A DNA stretch of 64,000 nucleotides from Botryllus schlosseri (taxonomy: Eukaryota). The stretch is taken from NCBI GenBank assembly GCA_051294905.1, contig CM119373.1, positions 3,164,001-3,228,000 on the forward strand. The letters are read 5' to 3'. Under the pieces are notes generated by a model. It ran no database searches, was not told the origin of the DNA, and saw only the letters and a program-made list of their open reading frames with translations. The position numbers and the translations under genes were made by a program. Within the stretch, counting starts at the first letter, position 1, and each line of letters opens with the position of its first letter. Shown piece by piece: positions 27,493-40,770 of the stretch.

Positions 27493-28265
27493 TGTAAAAG
27501 ACCTCCATCTGTAATTGATCATGATCACACACGATTCAACAATGCTGAAGAGACTTTATTACACGTCCGTCCGCCGAAGCGGTCAGTAGCAAAAGCGGAA
27601 GTGAAAGCACGATGCGATGATACTACAACTGATGTAACGAGCAGTATAGAACACAGCTGCTACACTATTCCGATCGAACTTGAGAAGTGCCTATAACAGC
27701 AGTCTCACAAAATACCATAAAAAAGTTAAAAATCATCAACAAAACCGCAAACACGCATATAACCGCACCACATTAGCAGAACCCTAGCCCCAAACTAACA
27801 TCAATGAACATATTCCCTAAACTAAAACCCTAACAACGCCGCGCCACATCACGGGGAGAGTTACATGCTCCATCCCCTCTTCGTAACATCGGACGGGAGA
27901 GACACAAGCTCCATCCCTTCCACGCGCGCTTACATCAGTTCCAAAAGTGAAACAGTTATTATGAAGTGAAGTAGCCAGTCAAGTCTTCAAACTTCTCGTA
28001 TTGATTCAAAACTGCTTCTTCAATCGGTTCAGATAGCCAATGCCGTAATCGAATTTCTGCCAATCTTTCAGCATACCGTTACCGTCCAGGAATCTTGAGA
28101 ATTGCAGCCAAATTAATGAAGTAACGGTTTTAGCGTGCTCGCCATTGTAAAAAACCTCCGTCTGTACTTGATCACACACGATTCAACAAAGCTGCAGAGA
28201 CTTTACTACAAGTCCGTCCGCCGAAGAGGGCAAAAGCAAAAGAGGAAGTGAAAGCACAATGAGAT
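27493..28265 (-). mobile_element. Candidate miniature LTR retrotransposon (TRIM-like), 5' LTR truncated
   Basis: TG...CA unit 27493-27865 preceded on the minus strand by purine-rich GAAGAGGGGATGGAGCA; direct repeat of its 3' part at 28146-28265 followed by PBS-like TGGCGAGC. Confidence 0.55.
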
Positions 28266-31200
28266 GAATTCAGAGATGGGCGCATTCCAGATTTGGGGAA
28301 TCCGTATCCGTCCTGATCCAACAGTCAAATAGGATTTCGGAGTCCGACAGCTGAGTAACAAAATTAGGATCCGAAAAAAAATCCTGCTATTGCTTTAGTG
28401 CTATTTCACATAAATATAGCCTGCAAAACAGATATGAACATTATAATCAACAAATTAGTATCAACAAATGCCTTACAAGGGTTTATATATATTACATTTC
28501 AAATCAATAATGTTAGGTACGGTATATATTTTGAATATAAATCCAAGTGGTAGGAACTAGGCAGGGAAAATAAGCTAAAAAGACTGCGAGAACAGAGAAA
28601 GCAATATTAGTTGCTTTACGCAGAGGGTAAATATAAGTAACCCAGGCATGCCATGATGCATTGCTGATGCCAACAACAAAATTAAATATTGTGTTACTGT
28701 GACTTGGCCAAGACCACTAGGCCTCCTACCATAGTACCTACTCCTGAAGAATGAAACTAAATTTTCACAAGAAGTAAGCAATCACAGAACAGCCATGTAT
28801 CAAACAAAATGGATGAATTAATCAAAATTATCACTTGATAAAGCAGCACAGCAATGGATAGGAAATATAAATATTATTATATAATCAGCATGATGATGTG
28901 CGCAATCAATCAGAGAGTACCGGTAGTACTTTAGTTCTAGTGTGTTTCCGAAATCATAAACATGACCAATTGACCATGCCAGCATATATTCATACATTAC
29001 CTCACCACACAATCATTACAAATGACGTCAGAAATCAGAACCACCAGTTACGGTACCTCTGCAACAACACCGACACCTCGCTCTTCTGTCATCCTGACAA
29101 CTGATATCAAGTAACCTAATGGCTGATGAACAGGCAGGATAAGAATCAATGTCTGAATTCGAAAACTAACACTTCTGCAGTGCAGCTCGCTTGCAGGAAC
29201 CTGCCGTCGTCCTCGTTCAGCATTCATCATCACATCACTGCACAGAAACTTCACTATGTTGCTTACGCATTTCAACGACGTGACTGGTATCAGCGGTTTC
29301 AACGTTGTCGTCCATTCCCGGAACCAGCCTGGGCTTGATCCATAGCAATGAATGCATTTAACTACGAAAATAATATCGAATAATATATACTAAATTAATG
29401 CAACGCATCAGTTACTTGCGCGGCGATTCTGTGAAGTCAGTTGAGTTTCCGCGGGAACCACATTCTCAAGGGAAACCCCGTTCAACCATCGAGTTTCATA
29501 AACACCGATGAGCTTATGGTTCGACTTACATCTTACTATCCTATTCAGTCAATTTCTAGTCAGTACTCAATAATGATAGTTATAATATTTATTTAGTGTA
29601 CCAAGTAGTAAGTCGAACACAAAAAGCGAATATTCTAATATCTCATGCTGACTGATCAGCCATGTCGGTTACGCTTTAATTAATCAGCGGCCGAACCTCG
29701 AAGCAGACAGATTGAAGAGACCGCGTTGGCGCCTCGGCGGCGCATGTCTTCTCCTCTTGAACTTCATTATGAAGCGAATTCTTATGAGTTGTGCTTATTC
29801 TTATTACACAGGCAATAGTTGCGTACGTTTTTAAATATGAACCGCTTCTTCCTGTTAAGGAATGCGGTATGAACGCATTCTGTTCTCGCTATCATAAACC
29901 CGTATATAGTTGCTCAACTGTTCCTGTCGTTGTCGGCTGTCTGACGATCGGCCGCCATATTGGAGAATGGAGATTACATTACGCCACGTGAAGAAATGGA
30001 AGGTGAGACGATAATGGACTAATGAATGAATTTTCATGCTTCAAAATTGATTTTTCAAATTTACATGCTTAAGTCAGAGTCAGAGTGATCTTTGTTTCAG
30101 TTCAGTTGAAATAATTGTTTGAAAATTTTAGAAGTAACTGCAATTTATGGTCATTTTCTAATATGAAACCATGCTATATAGTAGATCCAGTAGGGAATTG
30201 GTGTACGCAGCACAATTAGGCGACTGGCAGGCTGACTATCACTTGTAGCTGGGGCTGGGCACAATGATTCGAGTACCCAAACCTGAATCTAGTATTAATT
30301 CTTATGATTCGAGTCGAGTAGTAAAATACGGTATTTTCTAGTACCGGTACTGATATTACGCTTCTCTCCACTGAAAGTTAATTTATACCCGAGAATTATA
30401 GTTTCGATACTAATTTTCACAGTTGAAGCCTTAAACCTTGATTGGCGGTATCGTAGCATACGAAACCTATAGTACAAAAGCTACCAAGGTTACTGGATGT
30501 AGCATATTTCCGAAGTCATGATCATCCAACAGCATTGTCACCAAGTCGAATGAAATTGGTGAAGTCGAAAAATACCAAAGCATTTTATATGTGATGGATA
30601 AAAGGCATTAAATTCTTGGTGGTGGCATAAACGGTACATATTTTAACTTTGACATCTTACATTCTGTTATGACGTCATAATGAGTGATACTTGATTACTT
30701 GACCCGACTCGAAGCATATTACGTGATTCAGAATTGAATCACTCAGGTACTCGATTTTGCCCAGCCCTACTAGTAGCATGAAAAGTTCGACTGGCTCACC
30801 AAGGCAAAGTAAAGCCTATAAATTCAAATCTGCTCATTTTTGCTGCTTCACCTGTTGAAAAAATGATTTGAGGTTCGGTTTCACAAATTTATTCTCCCAA
30901 TGAAATTTTTATTCGTTTCACTGCATATTTCAAATTTCGACTGCTTTGCAGAAAACGGTTTCGTCTTCTGTCCCTGAAGACGAGATGAGCATGATTTCCC
31001 CGCAACGCGGAATTGGTTGAAAATATGATTGATAGGATGAAGCGCAGAAGCTGACATCGATGTCCCGAAGACAAAATGATGGATTGTGATTGGTATGTTT
31101 TTCTCTTTCTGCTATTATATCTATTACCTTTGTTGTAATAAAGCTGTTGATTTTGACATAAGCATTGATCTCTTCAAATATTTGTATTGAGTAGGTAATT

Positions 31201-31420
31201 TCCATCTATTAATTGCCTCTCATGATATAGGCCTATAAAGCGTTCTTCAGTCATGTTGCAATTGCACGGCATCAATTTTCGCACTGTTTTTAATCTATAC
31301 TAATCCGTCATTACGACGCGACGCGTTGACGCACTCCACTCTGCTGTATTGTAATGAGTTAATGTTGACCTGTATGTGTTCAGTGATCAACTTGGACTTA
31401 TAATATATTTTGTTTTATAG

Positions 31421-32709
31421 CATCTCAAAATCTAGACCAGATTGTTTCTATACCTACAATTTTTCATGAAGGATGTGGCAATTTCTTCCAGGTTCAACAG
31501 GTACGGATTTTTATAAATATTATAAGTACCTGTTTGCTTAAAATTTGGGATGGGAAAAACTATTCCACTACTGGCACAAAATCGAGCTTCATCTGTAGTC
31601 GAGTCGTGGAGATTCGGAGACAATTTTAAATACTGAAAATTACGTTTTATAATATCAATTATAGTATCAATACATTTCTCTCAATGTGGTGTATTCAACC
31701 TTTTTTAGTGAGGAGCAAACCTAAAACCGGTGTTACAAGCCCATGCTCCCTTTTCAGCTCGGTCCCACAACCCGCAGTTCTAACTCTGGGTCCGTGAAGC
31801 ACATCTTTATGGTGTTTGCAGACCTCTAAATTTTTAACCTGAATGATAATATAATTTGTGATTTTCTTAGCTCGGGTAAAGCATCACTTCGGATATTTCT
31901 AGGTTAGTACAGTGTAGAAGTAGTGATTTCAAATCCATGTCAAAGCTACTTCAACCAAGTAGGAAATGAAGGGCTGCAAAGTACTCAAGTAGTTTCAAAA
32001 AGTAGATATCAGCAGTTATCCGAGGTTGCTACTTCAAACTCGCCAATATGTACCTTTGCAACTTGCAAAAAAGGACTATTGACAAGAGGTGGATGGCGGT
32101 TGCACTATTATTGAGCATGATTTGAACTAAAACTTTAGGGGTGTCTGCACGGATGCCTTGCCTTGATGGTTAAGAAAAGGGGTCCGCACCGACAAAAAAT
32201 TGAGAGCCACTCTACTAAAGGTTACTGTTCACATTAGCTGATGACTCAAAATGGTCATCACTTCCACCTGGCCAAGTCCGCATATACATTGGCCTATTTG
32301 CTATTTGATATCATATGTTTACTGAAAATAGGATCCGCAGTGCCCTGCTGCCGGTATATTTCATAAGCTGATTACTGAAATAACATCAATGTGTGTCTGT
32401 GTGTGTGTGTTAAGTGTATGTTTGACCTGATGCTTCTTTCACATAATAATATATTTCTTTAAGACACCCACATCCGCGTGTCCTACAATTTGCTACGATA
32501 CAATGAAGAAAGAGTGGACCGTCTGGTTTGATGTGGAAAAGGTGAAGAATATCGAGAGCTTCCATGAGGCATTTGCAGTGATGCTAGAAATTCATTGGAT
32601 CTTCGAAATGCAGTTTCTGACTGTCATGTCAGTTTTTCTGGCGCGTTTGCCAGGTGTAAAAGACATCAGTACTGCAGCTTATGCCAAACTGGATCACACA
32701 CATTCGTGA
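31421..32709 (+). pseudogene. 3' exons of an EnSpm accessory (SAMD3-like) gene
   Basis: SQNLDQIVSIPTIFHEGCGNFFQVQQ|GT (31421-31500) and PTSACPTI...SFHEAFAVMLEIHWIFEMQF...VFLARL (32464-32709). Confidence 0.5.
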
Positions 32710-33553
32710 CTAATTTGCAAATAAAGGCATTGGAATGAAGGTGATTTAGTGTTTTGTGAAGGCTTAAAGTGTGGTTATATGCTGTACCTCGAGGATATCC
32801 GGGTAGGATGAAGCGGAATCCGGATAGGACAAGGTGGAAAGTTGCCCACCTTATGATGAGGTGGGGAAATAACCACCAGGTGAGATAAGGTAGAAAATTT
32901 CCCTCCTCTTTTGAAGGTTTTTTTTGGAACACCTTAAAAGGTGGGCCCAGTTTTTAGAGTGTAGATGAAGATAATTGTTAATTCGGTATTTTACGACAGT
33001 GCGTTCCTACTACATTGCACTTGGTGAGAAATGGTGTGGTTTGGGACCGACCTCATAGAAATGTCATTTCCAATAATGTGCGTACGGCGTAGCTTTGTGC
33101 TACACGTTTCGGATGCTATGATACGAATAAAACCGAGGTCTAGGGCCTTCATGGGGGAGAATCGAAATTATAGGTCTGTAGCTGTCGTTGATGACCACAG
33201 AGTTAGTGGATAGGGTCGTAGTACTTCAGTACTTGAAAAAAAATTCTCTATCTTGTCGACACATATCATTATACTTTAATACCCGATCCGTAATACATGC
33301 GGCAGCGTAGGTCAGAAGTGGAGCTGTCAAGGAAGATTATTTCAATTTTTATCATCGGTGATAAATGAAATGCAGTCCGAATATTGGCCCGTTTAAAGTA
33401 AACATATAGATCGCTTGTACAAGCAAATCCTAGAAAGGTTCAGTTGATACGATATCGCATAAAGTGTAGACAAACGGTAGTACTTGAGATTTTGAGCATA
33501 TCCACACGTCTGTGTGCGCACAGCGTTGAGCAAAACGTTACAAAATAGCATAC

Positions 33554-33790
33554 GAACGCAACACAGCTCCGCCGGCGTCCACGTATCCCGAGCTATACAT
33601 TCAGTGGTGTATTCCAAACGTTTTGCCCGATATCCTTCGTTGCAAACTAGGTCGCAGCGTGCGCCGACTCGCCAACCTTCGCGGCCATCGCGGTCGTTCT
33701 CAATTCGGTGCGACGGCAGGCGGCATGTTATGCTACCTACATCCGCGCGCGGGCTTTGTCCAGGCAGTGGAAAATTGCCACACAAATTAG
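33554..33790 (-). CDS. Host gene exon, sushi/CCP domain (237 bp, phase 1-1)
   Basis: ttccAG|...|GTatgc; NLCGNFPLPG...GSITC...VGARCDLVCNEGY...TECIARDTWTPAELCCV shows the CCP pattern (C..P, CxxxCxxGY, C...W...C). Confidence 0.85.
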
Positions 33791-35031
33791 CTGGAAGGTA
33801 AATACATAATCCGTTTATTCCGTGGTCCACAATTATTTTGACCCTATCAAAGAGATAAATTGTTGGCGGCACCCCGGCACTGAATCAACTTTTTGAGTTA
33901 TCACCATTTCAAATACAGGTAACAAAATAGCGCCTAATAAGTTTTACAGTATAGCGCAGTGATTGCCAACTTTTTTCCACCCACGTACAATTGAATGGTT
34001 TCATACAGTGCTCGCGTACCACCTATATAAGTTACGCGCGCCAAAGGCTGTAAAAATGTTTCTTACGTGTTGAGGTGCCGAAAGCAGCGAGAAAGAAAAT
34101 AAACTGCCCATTTTAACTCTTTCGACGCCGAGCTAAATTTGACGATTGTCTTCAAAACGCCGCGATTTTCACCAAATAACCCCAATTTCAACCGATCGTA
34201 ACTTCGTCGCTACCTTAGCTACCGAGACGTACCTACTTCCGTATTGTAGCCGCAAACGATATATATCTAATGATGCGTAACGTGCGTTGATTGGTGCTGT
34301 CGTGCTGCTTGGACAGGCTTCGGTACGAACTGAAGTTTTGCCGATTTCAGGCGCGCTGCTGCCAAGGTATGGATTTTGTTGGTTTTTCTATGGTACTTAT
34401 AGATTAGCTGTGGCGTTGTAAATTTCACAGAATATTCTTATTATATTATATATTGATAATATATTATCATTTAATCGTTAATTCCTTTTCGATGGCAATG
34501 CGGAGGTTTAGAAACTTCGTAAAATACTGCTGCCGACAAGATCTTCGGCCGTCGATGCTTCAAGGTTATCATTGTGACGTCAAATCAGCAATAATGGCTC
34601 GAAATTTTGACTTCTGCTAGTACCGGTACTCAAGTTTGTTTTTCAGGCGCAGTAACATACCGGCGGAGCCCATTTGTGTACGATTATAAGCATCGATCTG
34701 CACAAAAACATCATTATTTGTCACCGTTGGGTCTTCGTCATCTCCCGATGCAATTTTACGTTTGAAAAACTTGAATAAATACGTATATATTGGTGTGAAG
34801 TCCAGTGGCGTAGCAGCCACTTGGCGGTTTTGGCTCTGAGCCAGGGGCGGCAGGCTCCAAGGGGGCGGCAAAATGAAGCTGCACAGTGAGAGAGAGATTG
34901 AGAGAGATTCTATTCTATTTCGCCTGCACAACCGAGATGTTTAGGCGACGGAGATGCGATACGGACTTCATAGTAAGATCAACTAGCCTGCACCCCCGTT
35001 TTTGTCATCCGTCATTGCTGACCGCCTAGCG

Positions 35032-35632
35032 CAGGGGCGGGCAACTTCTCCAGTCGGCGGGCCGGATATAGGAAAATTAAGTACTTGGCGGGCCGGATTG
35101 ATGAATCGATACATTATTCGCCCATATATCTACATATACAAGGAATAAATCGTACCTAATGTATTTTACCGACAGCAATGTCACTGCAAAGCCGTATATC
35201 GCCGATAATGACGAAGACAATGTAGATTTGAGAACAGCATTGTTATACAGGCGCCGTCTGTTTCTCTCTAATCAATTAACACAAGGTGCAATCCTTAAAT
35301 AGATTTCAAGGCGTTCTATATGCCCGGTACCCACAATTTACCGAGATATCAATTCATTAGGGTTGAGTACATGGTAAATATATATCGGTATACCGATACT
35401 GCAAGTCTTGCTTCGATGAACTTACGCGTGAGCTCTACTCTCGCACAGTGCGTACACAAGTATATAATAACATACAGTCACTATAATTTGACGCTTACGC
35501 AAGTAGCGCGGTATCTCGGCGGAGTGGCGCTGCGGGCCACATTATCATGTAAGACGGGAAACTGTCCGCGGGCCGGACAAAATCCCTTCGCGGGCCGGAT
35601 CCGGCCCGCGGGCCGTATGTTGCCCACCCCTG
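35032..35632 (+). mobile_element. hAT-type MITE (GCGGGCCG family); related copies at ~36090-36961 and 52733-55500
   Basis: TIR CAGGGGCGGGCAAC / GTTGCCCACCCCTG; TSD GCCTAGCG (35024-35031, 35633-35640); interrupts a SINE. Confidence 0.9.
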
Positions 35633-37470
35633 GCCTAGCGGGATAACCGCTGATACCAGTTTTCGAGTCATTGGTTTGACCCGGCCGGGGGGTCGAACCC
35701 ACGACCTACCGACCAAGAAGCCTTACGCATCACGATTACACTATCTCGCTCGGCACAGTGTACACAGCCGGCTAAAAGAAACGTAATTGGTAGTCCTATA
35801 GCTGGCGTCCAGTGAGCTAAAATTTAATCAAACAGGTCTCAATCGGAAGCTATAGTGTCGCGCTGATTCCGAAAACACGAATTAATATGTTAACATGGCA
35901 ACGAAACCACTCCGAAATAGCCGTCAAGGCCGATTGTTCGGAGAGTTCGCGGAAAAAGGAGAACGCCTGGCGAACAATCAGAAGATGCTTGCGTCAGTGT
36001 TGTTGAAGAAGTTAGACGATGCATGTTTCAAGCTCTGGGCAGATTTAAACTTGAAGCCGAAACTAGGTTTACATGCACACCACTTAAATCAGGGGCGGGC
36101 AACTTCTCCAGTCAGCAGGCCGGATATAGGAAAATTAAGTACTTGGCGGGCCGGATTGCTGAGTCGATCCATTATTCACCCATTTATCCACATATGCAAG
36201 GAATAAATCGTATTTAATGAATGTATTTTTTTAACGACAGCAATGTCACTTCAAAGCCATCTCTTACCGATAATGGCGATGACAATGTGGATTTGAGAAT
36301 AGCGTTGTCATACAGGCGCCGCCATGTCTGGTTCACTCTGATCAATCAACACGCAGTGCAATCCTTAATTAGGGTTTCAAGGCGTTCGATAAGTCCAGTA
36401 CCCAAAATTTACAAATATATCAATTCACTAGGGTTGAGTACGTGACGAGATACCGTCGTTGTTCAACTATGTGGCCTAATTAGTGGCAATATTGAATTCA
36501 TGAGGCCTGCGTCCTCTACGAAATTTGAAAAGTATCCCGAGACCCGTTTTGAGTTGGCAACCACTGGCATAAGCGGTGTCTTACAAGCTTAGAATTGTGC
36601 CGTGCTACATGTCGGCAGTTACGGAATCAAAAATAAGAAATATCAGCCTGGTGTAAATGACCATTGTAGTCGACAAACACTATGATTACCACAAACGACA
36701 TTAGGGTTGAGTACATGGTAAATGCGGATAATGCAAGTCTTCTCGCTTGTACGAACTTACACGTAAGCTCAACTATCGCACGCTGCGCATGCGCATACAC
36801 TACACGTATATAATAACATACAGTCACTAAAATTGGACCTAGTAAGCAAGTAGTGGGGAATCTCGGCAGACTAGGGCCGCGGGCCATATTATCATGTAAG
36901 ACGGAAAACAGTCCGCGGGCCGGACAAAATCCCTTCGCGGGCGGCAAGTTGCCCGCCCACGACTTAGAGATATGTTTGGATTTTTGAATTCCCACGCGCT
37001 GCTGCAAAGCGAAAGTCACAATGTATTCACCAGCGCTTTTAGAAGCACTTGCGACGGCGAGGTGGACTTTTCGGAGCTAGCTGCGAATATTGTCACGCCT
37101 TATGGCTGGCTTATACCTTCAAATTAGGGATCTTATATATCAGAAGATTGCTAGCTTTTCGTACAAACCAATATGAGGCCTCTAGGACGTACACAAATTA
37201 AGTTATGATCATATGAAGTTGTTCAACTTGAGATTTTAAATGGGTCAAGAGGCTGATGCGGAGCAGTGAAACCACGTTTGATCGTAGTGCAACAGCGTTT
37301 AATGTTTTACCATGGTTAGTTAATGCAAAGCTACTTGATTCGACACGATATTTAATCTCGTGCTCGTGTCTGAAACTTTATCTGACCATTGGTGTTTCAA
37401 TTGCGAGCTGCGTGAGGAGCTTCTCAAAGCTCAAACTGATTAAGCCTTATTTACGTTCTACCATGAATGA

Positions 37471-39146
37471 CTACAGGGTTGGTGCGATGACATGCAAAAT
37501 AAGGTCAAAAACATGCAAAATAAGGTCAGTCGCGACATGCAAAATAAGGTCAGTCACATGCAAAATAAGGTCAGTCGCGACATGCAAAATAAGGTCAGTC
37601 CGCGCATAAATCCAAATCTGTACTTCAATTACAAATCCAACTCTTTTTCTTATGAAAACGAAATTCAAAATATCTTTCCTGTATAGTAGCCTACTTTCAA
37701 CATTGAAATTCCTTATCTATCCTAAATCTTAAGATGTTTCAATCAAAAGATAATCATGATTTTCTTGATTATGAAGTCAGTCGCATGTACAATATTATTA
37801 TCAGTCCGCGCATAAATCCAAATCCTTATTTCAATTACAAATTCAACTCTTTCTCTTATGAAAAATAAATTTAAAATATCTTTCCTGCATAGTAATTTCA
37901 TGATTGACATTCCTCATCTATATCCTAAATCGCTGAAGGTGTTTCAACAAAATATAATCAGACGATTATTACGATTACGAGGTGAGCCGCATAAACAGTA
38001 CGCGTATATATCCAAATATTTACTTCAAATCCAATTTTTTTTTCTTATGCCACTGGCCTTAGTCTGCACTCTTCATGTGGCGACTGACCGTGTTTCGCAT
38101 GCGACTGACCTTATTTTGCATGTGACTGACCTTATTTTGCATGTGACTGACCTTATTTTGCATGTGACTGACCTTATTTTGCATGTGACTGACCTTATTT
38201 TGCATGTCGCGATTGACCTTATTTTGCATGTGACTGACCTTATTTTGCATGTCGCGATTGACCTTATTTTGCATGTGACTGACCTTATTTTGCATGTGAC
38301 TGACCTTATTTTGCATGTGACTGACCTTATTTTGCATGTCGCGATTGACCTTATTTTGCATGTGACTGACCTTATTTTGCATGTCGCGATTGACCTTATT
38401 TTGCATGTGACTGACCTTATTTTGCATGTGACTGACCTTATTTTGCATGTCGCGATTGACCTTATTTTGCATGTGACTGACCTTATTTTGCATGTGACTG
38501 ACCTTATTTTGCATGTCGCGATTGACCTTATTTTGCATGTGACTGACCTTATTTTGGATGTGACTGACCTTATTTTGCATGTGACTGACCTTATTTTGCA
38601 TGTGACTGACCTTATTTTGCATGTCGCGATTGACCTTATTTTGCATGTGACTGACCTTATTTTGCATGTGACTGACCTTATTTTGCATGTGACTGACCTT
38701 ATTTTGCATGTCGCGATTGACCTTATTTTGCATGTGACTGACCTTATTTTGCATGTGACTGACCTTATTTTGCATGTCGCGATTGACCTTATTTTGCATG
38801 TGACTGACCTTATTTTGCATGTGACTGACCTTATTTTGCATGTCGCGATCGACCTTATTTTGCATGTGACTGACCTTATTTTGCATGTGACTGACCTTAT
38901 TTTGCATGTGACTGACCTTATTTTGCATGTGACTGACCTTATTTTGCATGTGACTGACCTTATTTTGCATGTCGCGATTGACCTTATTTTGCATGTGACT
39001 GACCTTATTTTGCATGTCGCGATTGACCTTATTTTGCATGTGACTGACCTTATTTTGCATGTGACTGACCTTATTTTGCATGTCGCGACTGACCTTATTT
39101 TGCATGTTTTTGACCTTATTTTGCATGTCATCGCACCAACCCTCCT
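37471..39146. mobile_element. Foldback/Mutator-like element with modular tandem-repeat inverted arms
   Basis: Inverted arms start AGGGTTGGTGCGATGACATGCAAAATAAGGTC (37475) and end at 39143; CATGAATGA duplicated at 37462-37470 and 39147-39155; interrupts the hAT remnant at RSTMND|DRLS. Outermost 3-4 bp do not match. Confidence 0.75.
38098..39128. repeat. Tandem array of 47 units: 21-bp TGCATGTGACTGACCTTATTT and 24-bp TGCATGTCGCGATTGACCTTATTT
   Basis: Directly visible; 34 short and 13 long units counted from the repetitive translation. Confidence 0.97.
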
Positions 39147-39639
39147 CATGAATGATGATCGGCTATCAGCTCTATCCATTTTGTCTACAGAAAGAGACTA
39201 TACGTTCAAAAACTCGAATTTGAGGGTATTATCGCTGATTTTGTTTGAAGCGGCTATTGATTTTCTATTTGCACAATACAGTCGTTCGGTATTTATTGTC
39301 TTTATTATTTTTGGCCTTATCAACGTTGAGGCTGAGACGCGGCATATTATTTGTAATTATTTTTATTGACAAGTTGCTTGAACATGAATCTATGTCGAAA
39401 TTTGCTGCGGTCTACTTAGGGGGGTGGCACTTTAAGCGTTAGCCAGGGGCGGCAGCACATGCTGCTACGCCAGTGGTGAAGTCTGTGTCGTCGCAGTACA
39501 TGTACTGCCTTGGTGGCTTCAGTACATCCGTATATCAACTTTACGCGCGATGTGTCGCTAAGGATTGGAGATAATGATGTAAAATGTCTTTAGGTATTGG
39601 CATCTGTTGGAACTCATTACCGTCGTGGAAATATATAAC

Positions 39640-40770
39640 CAGTGTTGCCACTCTAGGTTCCCGGAAAAACACAAGATTATGTCGTGAAAAAACACTAGAT
39701 TGGCGAAAAAAACACTAGATTAGTAAATTGCAGGAAAAATTTGCCATTGCCAAGTAATCATGATGACCAAGGTACAAATCCACAGATAAGAAGTGTTCCA
39801 CATATGAATTCGATACATATGCATGATATTTTGCATGATTATTTGACGAAAATTAATGAAACGAATTGATATAGGACTGCATGATTATTTAAAGAAAATT
39901 ATTGAATTCGTAAGAAAAAATCAAATATTGTCGCTTTCGAATTGTACGGGATCATAAAAATTATCTTTCGATTGTACATCATCCATCAAACATAAGTATC
40001 TTTTGTGCGCCATCTTGCTCACTACCGTACATCTTCAACCAAGCAACGGGGAGGTGTCCATGTGCAGCATACTTCATTTCCACGAATGCAGTGAAAAGTG
40101 GCAATGCCAAGAGATTCGTCATGAGCTTCCCCAGTAAAGGGAATTTTGATTCACCGAATCCATTGTGCACAGATTTCAATTTTTGCAAAAAATCTGTTGG
40201 AGGGCATTGACTGATAACCTGCAGCTGATTTTGCGGATTTGCCAAAGCAACCCATTCTTTTGACAAATCATCAAATTTATCAAATAATATCACAGAGGGA
40301 AATTGCACAGCTTGAGGAATGATTGATATTACTTTTCTTTGTGTTGATAAGGCTGTTAAGATTCAATACACTCAAGACACTCAAGTGTTTTGTGCTCGGC
40401 AAATATCGCCCGAATCTGCAGACTGAGTTCAACAAGAAACGACAGAGCATCAGAGCGAAATCGCTCTTCATTTTTTCAGAGACTTTCGCTCATGAGTACG
40501 GATTCACAGCGCACCTTGTTACGTAATAATTGCTTGTTACTGCACCACCACACAGAATTGTGGAAAACAAACACAGCCAGAGTCACCAAATCGCCTTATT
40601 AGCGATAAATTTAGCGTATAATTCAGTCGTCTAATGATAGAATATTCATTTTTCGCACGATTGCAGAAAAACACTAGATTAGCAAAATTGTGCGAAAAAA
40701 AACACTAGAACACTAGGACGACCGAAAAAACACTAGATCTAGTGTTAAAACACTAGGAGTGGCACCACTG
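39640..40770 (-). mobile_element. Internally deleted hAT element with transposase C-terminal remnant
   Basis: TIR CAGTGTTGCCACTC / GAGTGGCACCACTG; TSD TATATAAC (39632-39639, 40771-40778); AACACTAGA subterminal repeats; KFPLLGKLMTNLLALPLFTAFVE resembles the hAT dimerisation domain. Confidence 0.85.

Larger units (their letters stand above)
26788..32961 (+). mobile_element. EnSpm/CACTA-like element, non-autonomous, with nested insertions
   Basis: Ends CACTGTAAAAA / TTTTTAGAGTG flanked by TA on both sides; AGGTG/CACCT subterminal repeats at both ends; SAMD3-like 3' exons inside. Confidence 0.7.
34803..39475 (+). mobile_element. Composite non-autonomous hAT element, copy 1
   Basis: TIR CAGTGGCGTAGCAGC / GCTGCTACGCCAGTG; TSD GTGAAGTC (34795-34802, 39476-39483); same backbone as 52241-56447 in opposite orientation, incl. 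remnant LTIGVSIASCVRSFSKLKLIKPYLRSTMND. Confidence 0.9.

Noticed and set aside
28575..30037. Cluster of short ORFs
   Set aside because: No recognisable domain or consistent splice structure; lies within the degraded interior of the EnSpm-like element.
37858..39369. 503-, 355- and 368-aa repetitive ORFs
   Set aside because: By-product of stop-free 21/24-bp units inside a transposon arm; three overlapping frames on both strands, no synonymous variation.
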